Assembly (NCBI RefSeq): GCF_900316895.1
Contig: NZ_ONER01000001.1
Span: 35,500 to 99,499, forward strand
DNA length: 64,000 nt
Direction of reading: 5' to 3'
Origin: an uncultured Methanobrevibacter sp.
GTDB lineage: Archaea; Methanobacteriota; Methanobacteria; Methanobacteriales; Methanobacteriaceae
Below the pieces are notes generated by a model. The model ran no database searches and had not been told where the DNA came from. It saw nothing but the letters and a program-made list of their open reading frames with translations. Positions 9,188 to 17,804 of this stretch are shown here, one piece after another (position 1 is the stretch's first letter; each line of letters starts with the position of its first letter). The translations under genes were made by a program, and so were the position numbers.

Positions 9188-10507
9188 TTAAATATCATTT
9201 AAACTAAGTTTTCTTTGTTCTCTTCTGCCATATCTTTCATAATGAAGTAAAGGATTCATTCCATGCTCTTTAACATCGGGATTACAAATATGATACTCAT
9301 CAGTACTGAAATTAGGACCTGGATTAAACCCTTTAGTATAACCTACATGCAGATAATGGTAAACTGGATCATCATAACCATTTAAATCATCATAAGTGTC
9401 CAAATACCAATCTTTATCAAAATATGGTGAATCTGAAATTAAATCATAATCTTTTTGATGTTGTTCATCAGTTAAACACATTCTTCTTTTTTCTTTTCTG
9501 CCAAACAACTCATAATGGACTAAAGGATTTTCCAAAACCCTTTTAACATCATTATTGCACTCAAAGTATTCATGTGTACTGAATTTCATACTTGGATTAT
9601 ACCTTTTTTTATATCCAATGTGCAGATAATGATTGACAGGATCTTTATCCTCATCTAAAATATCATAGGTACTCTCGTACCACTCCTTATCAAAATAAGA
9701 AGAGTTCAAAATCAAATCATAATCTCGTTTATTTTTTTCTTCAATTGAAAATATTCTATTTTCTTTTCTTCCATATTGCTCATAATGAATCAAAGGATTC
9801 AAACCTTTCAACTGAACATCCCTATTACAGGTATAATAATCTTCAGTGTTGAAATTAGGGCCAGGACTAAATCCCCTTTCATAACCAATTAACAAGAAAT
9901 GAACAACAGAATCCGTATTTTTTTCTAAGTTGTAAGTATCTCTATACCATTGATCATCAAATAAATCTGAATTTAAAACTTTAAAATAGTCATTCCATTT
10001 AGGAAAAATATTGTTAAAATTAGTTTCTTTTAAAAAATAATAAAATTTATTTGCTCTTCGTCTATATAACTCATTTAAGATAAATTTAATTTGATTATAA
10101 ATTGACATTTCTATGATTGTGAAAACACCTTCATACTGCTTTAATTCATTTTTATTCTCTTTGAATGTGAAAATATAATCAAAATTTTCTAGATAAATCC
10201 ATTTATCTATGTTGTCTTTAACAATCGCAATTTTAACTATAGACCAATCATGCTTTAATATTTCAGGGTTAAAATCATAATCATCACAAATAATAATTTG
10301 TTTGGAAAAACTACTGCTTTTCTTAAAAGAAAGTCTGAATTTGAATTTCTTAATAAAAATCTGAATAAACTCAGTTGTAAAATCTTCAACATCTTCATAG
10401 TCTTTTAATTCCTGAAAATCAACAAAATTATGTCCCAATAAATCATTATCTTTTGTAAAATATGAAATATTGAATGATTTATAAATATTTTTATAATCAT
10501 ATTCCAT
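9188..10507 (-). CDS. Hypothetical protein with three tandem ~90-aa FDxxWY...HYLxxGY...NPLxHYExxGRxExR repeats
   Basis: Long ORF with an ATG start. The internal triplicated module is clearly visible in the translation. Confidence 0.7.
   Translation of the reverse strand: MEYDYKNIYKSFNISYFTKDNDLLGHNFVDFQELKDYEDVEDFTTEFIQIFIKKFKFRLSFKKSSSFSKQIIICDDYDFNPEILKHDWSIVKIAIVKDNIDKWIYLENFDYIFTFKENKNELKQYEGVFTIIEMSIYNQIKFILNELYRRRANKFYYFLKETNFNNIFPKWNDYFKVLNSDLFDDQWYRDTYNLEKNTDSVVHFLLIGYERGFSPGPNFNTEDYYTCNRDVQLKGLNPLIHYEQYGRKENRIFSIEEKNKRDYDLILNSSYFDKEWYESTYDILDEDKDPVNHYLHIGYKKRYNPSMKFSTHEYFECNNDVKRVLENPLVHYELFGRKEKRRMCLTDEQHQKDYDLISDSPYFDKDWYLDTYDDLNGYDDPVYHYLHVGYTKGFNPGPNFSTDEYHICNPDVKEHGMNPLLHYERYGRREQRKLSLNDI
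9191..9958 (-). repeat. Three in-frame tandem coding repeats (~270 nt each) inside 9188..10507
   Basis: Repeat starts FDDQWYRDTY, FDKEWYESTY and FDKDWYLDTY. Each ends in NPL[IVL]HYE[QLR][YF]GR[KR]E. Repeat boundaries are approximate. Confidence 0.7.
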
Positions 10508-10860
10508 TACATCATAAGTAAATAAATAATGTTTAGTATTTTTTTCTTTTAAGTATTTTTTTAAAGCTGAATCTCCCGCAACTAAACTAAATAAATTATT
10601 TTTAATTGATATAAAATCACCAGCATTGTTAATTAAATAAATTTAATTTAAACTTTACATAATTATATAATCATCATAATATTTAAATTTAAAAACGATA
10701 TCATCCTAATTTACAGAATATTTCTACTTAAAAAATTGATAATTTTTCTTCTAAAAGTTAATCAATCAAAATAACATTTAATACTATTGTTTCATCATAT
10801 TCTCACTTATCTTCAATATAATGAATTAACTGATTAAGGACATTAAAATTAAATCACTAT

Positions 10861-12681
10861 TCAGTATATTCTTTCATAGAAATGATACTTGCCCTTATGG
10901 TACACCTCTTCATAATTAACATTATCCAATGTTTTTACTTCCGTAATTATATAATCATGATCATCCGGATTAAATTCGGTTACATCATCTCCCCACTTTA
11001 AGATATCTTTATTCAAATACCATTCAAAAATCCTCAATTCCCTGTATCCCATAAAACTTTTAGATTGATAATCATTATCATATTCTTTAATAAAATCACA
11101 AAAATCAATCCGATCCAAACCATCTTCATTAATTTCAACAGTATTTGTAAAATTGAATACCATAACCAAACACAGGATAATTAAAATGATTGGAATTACT
11201 TTAGATAATTTAATTCTTAAATCTGATTTTGAATTTCTTAAATAATTAAAATTGTTTGACTTAAATTTTTCTTTTAAACTATTTTCATCATCAAAACCTG
11301 TGTTTATAAATTCTAATATATAATCAAGAGCCAAAATTACAAAATAAATAAAAGCAGGAAATGCCGGCAGCAAATATCTAACACATTTAATATTAACATA
11401 AGATACAACAACAAGATAAAATGAAAACAAAGCAAAGCTAATTAAAGCTAATGAAAAATTATCTTGATTGATTGGTAAATCTCTACATAAAGACATTAAT
11501 ATAACGCATGCCAACCATAATGCAAATAACGTAATCATATAATTTTTTTTAAATCCAACTATTGCTACAATCAATAAAATCATTATTGAACAAGATAATA
11601 CTATAAAAGAGAAGTTATCCCGATATTTAATATGTTTAAAATTTTCTTTGAAGAAATCATAATTTTTAATATAATTTATACATTTTAAAAATATTCCTCC
11701 AAACAATATCCCCATTATTAAATAAGCAAATGGTGTTGCATCATTAAATATTTCAGTGAAATTTTCATCAAAAGAAATCCAATTGCAAGATAGTAATTTA
11801 AAGAAATTTTTAATATAAAATAACTTATCATTAATTTTATTTACATCAACGGCACTAGAATACCCCTTAATTGATCCACTTGCCATTGAAAAATATGAAA
11901 TTTCAGGATAAAAACCTAATAACAATTTGAAAATAACTAAAAATATTATTACTACAAGAATTATTGAAATAAAAATCCATTTAAATTCATTACTTTTAAA
12001 AAATGATAAAATTTTCATTTTAAAAAAAGTTCTATCATAGAAAAGAGATTCACATAAATTGACTAAATCATGATTTTTTAAAATATATAATACAATTATA
12101 CTTAAAATATAAGCCGTTGCAAATCTTGTGAAAAAAGACATGCAAAACATTATAGCAACCAATAAATAATATTTATAATTTTTATCAACTGCCGCTACTG
12201 TAAAAATTAGCGTCCATAATATCATAGAAACCGCAGGAACATCAAGCATTCCATTTGCAAAATAGTACAATGATAAAGACAGACTACTGTATAGAATTGC
12301 CCCTAAAAAACTGAGTAAATTTGAAAACCTTATTTTTAAAAATGTGTACATACCAAAAATTCCAAAAATTCCAAAAATTCCAGTTACAACGAAAATAGAG
12401 TTAATATTTACAAAACCTAATCTAAAAAGTAAAGCAGTGAAAAATATAATCACCGGTGAATTTTGAATCCAAAATCCTCCAAGAATATGATTTGAATTTA
12501 ATCCTGCAAGTTCAATTGATCCAGCTAAATATGCATAAATATCCGGATTGAATGCCCCTCTAGTTTGATGAAATTGAATCATGAAAAACATGAGCAAAAT
12601 ACTAAAAAAAGATAGTAAAATTAAATATTTCTTATCACTATGATTGATATTAATATCATTGCATAATCTATTTAAACTCAA
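10861..12681 (-). CDS. Polytopic membrane protein, probable GT-C-fold (ArnT/PMT-like) glycosyltransferase
   Basis: At least 12 hydrophobic segments in the first ~520 aa and a soluble C-terminal ~90 aa. Sits in an operon with glycosyltransferases. Only a TTG start (12681, preceded by GGAAGTGA) precedes the first TM segment. Family assignment is by architecture only. Confidence 0.55.
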   Translation of the reverse strand: MSLNRLCNDININHSDKKYLILLSFFSILLMFFMIQFHQTRGAFNPDIYAYLAGSIELAGLNSNHILGGFWIQNSPVIIFFTALLFRLGFVNINSIFVVTGIFGIFGIFGMYTFLKIRFSNLLSFLGAILYSSLSLSLYYFANGMLDVPAVSMILWTLIFTVAAVDKNYKYYLLVAIMFCMSFFTRFATAYILSIIVLYILKNHDLVNLCESLFYDRTFFKMKILSFFKSNEFKWIFISIILVVIIFLVIFKLLLGFYPEISYFSMASGSIKGYSSAVDVNKINDKLFYIKNFFKLLSCNWISFDENFTEIFNDATPFAYLIMGILFGGIFLKCINYIKNYDFFKENFKHIKYRDNFSFIVLSCSIMILLIVAIVGFKKNYMITLFALWLACVILMSLCRDLPINQDNFSLALISFALFSFYLVVVSYVNIKCVRYLLPAFPAFIYFVILALDYILEFINTGFDDENSLKEKFKSNNFNYLRNSKSDLRIKLSKVIPIILIILCLVMVFNFTNTVEINEDGLDRIDFCDFIKEYDNDYQSKSFMGYRELRIFEWYLNKDILKWGDDVTEFNPDDHDYIITEVKTLDNVNYEEVYHKGKYHFYERIY

Positions 12682-12732
12682 TTAATCACTTCCGGTATAT
12701 TATTGTTTATTCATGACCATTTAAATATCTTA

Positions 12733-14397
12733 TTAAAAATCAGAGGGATTATAAACATTTATTCCAGAAACATGATATATTTTAAGATTTAAAATCATAC
12801 GAAGGTACTCGGAAATGAAAAACATGAATTCATCACCTTGTTTAAAGTTAAATGCATTGAAATTAATTTTTTCATAAATATCTCTTCTTAAATATGAACA
12901 AGAAAATGGAGAATGCATTAATTCTAAAATTTCCCCATTAAAAAATATTGGCATTTGGAAAATATTATCATAAGGAGCAATATCTAACCAATAGTCATCA
13001 TGTGCATGAGGCGCATATTTTTTAATCAAAGGAGAATCTTTAATTAATTGATTAGAAACAATTAATCCACAATTTGGCAAATCATATGCATATTTTTGCA
13101 TTAATTCAATCGATCCAGCTGTTAAAATTGAATTTTGATTTAAAATTAAAATATCTGAATTTGGATTAGAAGCTTGAATTCCATTAATTAGTGCATCTGA
13201 AAATCCTAAATTATTTTTTTCAGTTATTATTGTCGCATTTTTCTTAAATTTTTCAATTGATATATTTAGATTATTATTTGAAATAATAATTTTAATATTT
13301 TCTAAATTCAGTGATAAAATTGAATTTATACATTCCTCTAAATTAATATCATTATCATAAATCGGGATAATTATATCAACATCTTTATTTAATTTATTTT
13401 GCTCATCTGAAAAATTTTGATGATTATTTTCATAAACCTTTTCCCTATTAGCAGGAGTTGTTTCTAATTTACGATTATCAGCCACTTTTAAATAGTACTT
13501 TGATAATAAAAATGGAATTGAGTATATTTTATAATATTTATTTATTTTCAATATCAAATCCCAATCTTCACCTATCGCCAAATCTTCATCAAAACCAGAG
13601 ACTTTTTCAAGCACTTCTTTTTTGTGAACAAAACAATTAATATCAATGTAATTTTGATTAAAGAGTAATGATTTATTCAAATGTCCAAATAACACCTGAG
13701 ATAACTTTGAATCATAAAAATTATATCTTTTTTGAGCTGAATAAATTGCACCCGCATCTGGAAACTCAATAAAAGCACCAACTGAGGCTTTAAGATAATC
13801 TTTATCAAAAAGATTGTCAGAATCTAAATAAGCAATGTAATCTCCATTAACTTCATTTAATGCAATATTTCTAGCCCCTGATGCATCTTTGTTCTCAGCA
13901 TTATATAATATATTGACTTTTTCGTGAGAAATCTTCTTTAACAATTCTGTAGTTCCATCAGTACTTGCATCATCAACTATGATTAACTCAAAATTTTCAT
14001 ATGATTGAGATAAAACAGAATTTATAGCATTCATTACTACCTCTTTTCGATTAAATACTGGCATTATAACTGAAATTAAAGGTTTATTAATTAATTTATC
14101 AACTTTTGAACATAAATAATCCCCAATTAATTCCATAAATTTAAAGCAATACATTTGATTATCTGTAAAAGGAGCATTTATAAATGGGGCATAATATGAA
14201 CTGATTAAAAAACTATTAAAATCAAAATTTGATTCATGATTTTTAATTTCATTATCCTTAATGATTTTTTTAAGTTCTGAAATTTCATTATTTAAATTTT
14301 TTTGATTTTTAATTAAATTTTCATATTCATTTTTATAAAAATTATACTTATCACTTCTATTTAGAATTTTTTCCTTATACTTTTTAGAAAATTTCAT
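12733..14397 (-). CDS. Two-domain GT2 glycosyltransferase with N-terminal coiled coil
   Basis: ISVIMPVFNRKEVVMNAINSVLSQSYENFELIIVDDASTDGT...YLDSDN, then a second GT-A-like region VDIIIPIYDND...NNLGFSDALINGI. The N-terminal ~60 aa is heptad-like. Confidence 0.8.
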   Translation of the reverse strand: MKFSKKYKEKILNRSDKYNFYKNEYENLIKNQKNLNNEISELKKIIKDNEIKNHESNFDFNSFLISSYYAPFINAPFTDNQMYCFKFMELIGDYLCSKVDKLINKPLISVIMPVFNRKEVVMNAINSVLSQSYENFELIIVDDASTDGTTELLKKISHEKVNILYNAENKDASGARNIALNEVNGDYIAYLDSDNLFDKDYLKASVGAFIEFPDAGAIYSAQKRYNFYDSKLSQVLFGHLNKSLLFNQNYIDINCFVHKKEVLEKVSGFDEDLAIGEDWDLILKINKYYKIYSIPFLLSKYYLKVADNRKLETTPANREKVYENNHQNFSDEQNKLNKDVDIIIPIYDNDINLEECINSILSLNLENIKIIISNNNLNISIEKFKKNATIITEKNNLGFSDALINGIQASNPNSDILILNQNSILTAGSIELMQKYAYDLPNCGLIVSNQLIKDSPLIKKYAPHAHDDYWLDIAPYDNIFQMPIFFNGEILELMHSPFSCSYLRRDIYEKINFNAFNFKQGDEFMFFISEYLRMILNLKIYHVSGINVYNPSDF

Positions 14398-14412
14398 ATT
14401 AAAACTCCATGA

Positions 14413-15546
14413 TTAAATTAAATTTTTTAACTCTGACAATATCTCATCCACCCGATTATCAAAAGTATGATTTTTAAGAACAATTTTTTTTCCTTTTTCT
14501 GCTATTTTAATTCTTTCTTCATCATGATTTAGATAATATTCCAATTTACTATTTAAATAGTCAACACCTTCATAAGTTACAACACTACCTTCAAATAATG
14601 TTTCGGCAGATGGAATTTTATCAGATATTACAAAAGTTCCGCATGCAAGTGCATCAAAAAGTCTATTTGACGGAAAATCCAATTCCCTCATAGTTTCCCA
14701 GTGATCATTTAATAGTATTTTACAAGATGAATAATATTTATGCAATTCTTCATTAGGAATAAAATATCCTTTTACATATCTCTCATCAATGAATTCCGGC
14801 CAACCTCTACCATAAACTGCTACATCAAAATCAGTGCCCATAATATCTTTTATAATTTCTCTATAAACACCTCTTGTTGAGCCTACAAATAAAATATCCT
14901 CAGTTAGAGAATCATCATACTCAGGATAAAAAATATCCGGATCAGTGCATTGCAATAAAGGCTTTATAATAGTATTGACATTTTTACTTAAGTTTTCAGC
15001 ATATTTAATTGAAGAAATGAAACAAATATCATATTTTTCATATTCTTCTTTTGTAACCTTTTCAGGGTCATAAATATTCCACATAATGTTAATTGAATCA
15101 TAACTTGGGTCCCATTCATATTTTCCCCTTAAAAAGAAATTAATATCCACATCAACACTTGTATCATACCAATTTTCTCGTTCATGAATCAAAACATTAA
15201 AACCCTTTTTTTCAAATGATTTTTTTAAAGCAACAGCAAAAAAATAATCTCCCCAATGATGATGGCCAACAGGATTAGGAGTTTTAATTGCTATTGTTAA
15301 ATCAGAATATTCTTCATCGATAAGTTTTTTCATGATAATTGGCTTTGAAAATTTTCCTAATCTTTTCTGCAACTTAATAATTTCATCATAAGAGCTTGAT
15401 AAATTCTTATTTAAGATAGTATTTTCATTTTTAAGTTTCTTTATCTCTTTAATACTTTTTTTGTATTTCTTTCCAATTTTTTCATAATTATTTTTATAAT
15501 AGTTATAACTGTTACTTTTATCCAATAATTTATCTACAAACTTCAT
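14413..15546 (-). CDS. CgeB-like (group-1-type) glycosyltransferase with N-terminal coiled coil
   Basis: The C-terminal region ILLNDHWETMRELDFPSNRLFDALACGTFVISD...HTFDNRV resembles the CgeB/YkvP-type GT domain, judged from memory of that family. Confidence 0.6.
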   Translation of the reverse strand: MKFVDKLLDKSNSYNYYKNNYEKIGKKYKKSIKEIKKLKNENTILNKNLSSSYDEIIKLQKRLGKFSKPIIMKKLIDEEYSDLTIAIKTPNPVGHHHWGDYFFAVALKKSFEKKGFNVLIHERENWYDTSVDVDINFFLRGKYEWDPSYDSINIMWNIYDPEKVTKEEYEKYDICFISSIKYAENLSKNVNTIIKPLLQCTDPDIFYPEYDDSLTEDILFVGSTRGVYREIIKDIMGTDFDVAVYGRGWPEFIDERYVKGYFIPNEELHKYYSSCKILLNDHWETMRELDFPSNRLFDALACGTFVISDKIPSAETLFEGSVVTYEGVDYLNSKLEYYLNHDEERIKIAEKGKKIVLKNHTFDNRVDEILSELKNLI

Positions 15547-15555
15547 AATACTACC

Positions 15556-17388
15556 TTAATAATTATTTAATTCAATTAAAATTTCTGGAAATTGATTTAA
15601 AACATTTTGAAATTGAATATCATTTTTTCCACTTTTATTTATCTCCCATAATGTAGTTTCATCTAAGATACCTAATTCACGTGCTATATTTACATAACAT
15701 AATAAATGCATTGGCTTTTCAATTGCATAAATTTTTGTTTTATTTAAAATAGCCATTGCCCAAAACCAAATATCATCTCCAGAAGGACATAATTTCAAAA
15801 ATAATTCTTCATCAAATATGTTATCATTTAAGGAATTAGGAACAAATAATGTTCCTCCAGCACCTGTTGGAAGATTCAAATAAGATGGATCCTGTTCACT
15901 ATAATTTAATTTCCAATTTAGATAACTATCAATTTTATTATTATTAATTTGTATTTTTCTTGATCTTGCAGATATTATGGAATTAGGATGCTTTTTATGT
16001 GCATCCCACATATTTTTTAACCAGTCTTTTGGGTAAAATATATCATCATCTGCAGTTACAATTATATCATTAGGATACTCTTTAAGAGCAGGAATTAATT
16101 TTTTATAAGATTTAATATCTTCACACCATTTTATTGTTAAACCATTTTTTTTAAGTTCCAATACCTCTTTTGGAATATCATTTTCCTTATTTGGAAACTG
16201 TTCTTCAGCTAACCACAAAACCAATATATTTGGTTTCAAACTTTGAGTTAATAATGAGTATAAACAGTAATGTAAATCATACATTCGTTCAGGAAATGAA
16301 GTTAATGATACAATTAATAACCTAGAATCATTGTTTTTATCAATACCCATTTCATCAAAATTATTAATTTTAGGTAATATCTTCTTTTTATTAATATAGT
16401 TTAATTCTGAATTTTGAGTTTGATTAAACTTTTCAAATGTCTCATATTTTTCAAAATTAATAACATGTATATAAAATTTATGCAATCTAAAACTCAAATT
16501 TTTAAGTACATCATAATTTAGTCTCAAATTAAGAAAATATGACCTCATCATTTCATAATATTCCTTTTTTAATTCAATTGACGATTTTTTAAGATTTTCA
16601 TAAGATTGTAATAAAGCAAATTCTAGAAAATTTAACTTAAATTCCTTTTGAGAATGATTTTCATTTAATAGTTGTTTTACAATATCAATTATATTAAATA
16701 TTTCTAATCTACTATTATTTTTAGTTTGAACTGAATTTTCATTTAATTTATTATAGTTATATAAAATTTCCGGCAAATAAGAAACATATTTAGCAAATAA
16801 CATTGTTTTAATATGAAATGGGATATCTTCAAACATTCTAATAGAATTTGGAAATTGAATATTATGTTTTTTTAAAAAAGAAGTTTTATACAATTTAGAC
16901 CAAACAACAAACATATTATTCATAACTAATTGTTTATTATAATTATAATCAAAAACAAAATCATCATAATTCACATTTTTATCAATAGGTAAATAGATTC
17001 TTTTATGAAACTGATTATTTGTCCTATGTTCAATTGCATTAAATAATACTACTTCAGAACCATTAAAAATAGCATTATTGTAAACTTTTTCCAAACAATC
17101 AAGTTCAATCCAATCATCAGCATCCACAAATGTTAAATAATCACCTTGAGCTAATTCAATACCATTATTTCTACTTTGTGAAGGCCCTAAATTTTCTTGT
17201 GAAACAACAATAATCCGTTTATCATTGTTAGAATATTGATTGAGAATTTCTAATGAAGAATCAGAGGATCCATCATCAATACAAATTATTTCTATATCCT
17301 CAAATGTCTGATTAATGATGCTGTCCAAACATTTTTCCAAATATTTCTCAACATTATAAACTGGAATGATAACAGAAATTTTTACCAT
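15556..17388 (-). CDS. GT2 glycosyltransferase fused to a second GT-A-like domain
   Basis: N-terminus: MVKISVIIPVYNVEKYLEKCLDSIINQTFEDIEIICIDDGSSD...FVDADD. C-terminal half: SLTSFPERMYDLHYCLYSLLTQS...VTADDDIFYP...GDDIWFW (DxD-type motif). RBS GGAGA. Confidence 0.8.
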   Translation of the reverse strand: MVKISVIIPVYNVEKYLEKCLDSIINQTFEDIEIICIDDGSSDSSLEILNQYSNNDKRIIVVSQENLGPSQSRNNGIELAQGDYLTFVDADDWIELDCLEKVYNNAIFNGSEVVLFNAIEHRTNNQFHKRIYLPIDKNVNYDDFVFDYNYNKQLVMNNMFVVWSKLYKTSFLKKHNIQFPNSIRMFEDIPFHIKTMLFAKYVSYLPEILYNYNKLNENSVQTKNNSRLEIFNIIDIVKQLLNENHSQKEFKLNFLEFALLQSYENLKKSSIELKKEYYEMMRSYFLNLRLNYDVLKNLSFRLHKFYIHVINFEKYETFEKFNQTQNSELNYINKKKILPKINNFDEMGIDKNNDSRLLIVSLTSFPERMYDLHYCLYSLLTQSLKPNILVLWLAEEQFPNKENDIPKEVLELKKNGLTIKWCEDIKSYKKLIPALKEYPNDIIVTADDDIFYPKDWLKNMWDAHKKHPNSIISARSRKIQINNNKIDSYLNWKLNYSEQDPSYLNLPTGAGGTLFVPNSLNDNIFDEELFLKLCPSGDDIWFWAMAILNKTKIYAIEKPMHLLCYVNIARELGILDETTLWEINKSGKNDIQFQNVLNQFPEILIELNNY

Positions 17389-17405
17389 TTAAATCTCCTA
17401 AAATA

Positions 17406-17729
17406 CTATTTTCTGAAAATTCTAAAAAGTTTTCTTAAAGGACTAGTGATTTTCCAACTAGTAGATGATTTTAGTTCTTTATTTTCATTTTTAACTTTTT
17501 TTAAATCTTTTTTTAGAGATTTAAGTTCCTTATTTTTCTTTTTAATATCTCTTTTAAGAGAATTTATTTTTTTATTTTTTTCATTAATCTGGCTCTCTAA
17601 AACAAATAAATATTCCTTAGTATTATTTGAAACAAATTTTAATTCATCTAATTGAACTTCCAAATCCTCAATGATTTTTTCATTTTCTAAAAGTTTATCA
17701 TGAACATTACAATCATCGTCTAAAGTCAT
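17406..17729 (-). CDS. Stand-alone coiled-coil protein ending in SWKITSPLRK motif
   Basis: 107 aa, heptad-rich and Lys/Glu-rich. GGAGA RBS 7 nt upstream of ATG. The C-terminus SSTSWKITSPLRKLFRIFRK matches the tails of three larger enzymes in the window. Confidence 0.6.
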   Translation of the reverse strand: MTLDDDCNVHDKLLENEKIIEDLEVQLDELKFVSNNTKEYLFVLESQINEKNKKINSLKRDIKKKNKELKSLKKDLKKVKNENKELKSSTSWKITSPLRKLFRIFRK

Positions 17730-17804
17730 TTAAATTCTCCTTAAAACTAATAAATAATATATTTTTAATAGTATTAATATTTATTATATTTCAAAAACAT
17801 TGAT

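Noticed and set aside
10508-10645. Open reading frame extension upstream of the 439-aa repeat protein (…INNAGDFISIKNNLFSLVAGDSALKKYLKEKNTKHYLFTYDV-MEYDY…).
   Set aside because: There is no ATG, GTG or TTG with an RBS in the extension, and it is bounded by a stop 45 codons upstream. It could be a remnant of an older longer gene, but that cannot be supported from the sequence alone.
12354-12385. 9-bp tandem repeat (ccaaaaatt x3) encoding GIFGIFGIFG in the GT-C-like membrane protein.
   Set aside because: It is short, in-frame and lies within a TM segment. It is probably a trivial slippage product and does not support a regulatory or phase-variation role on its own.
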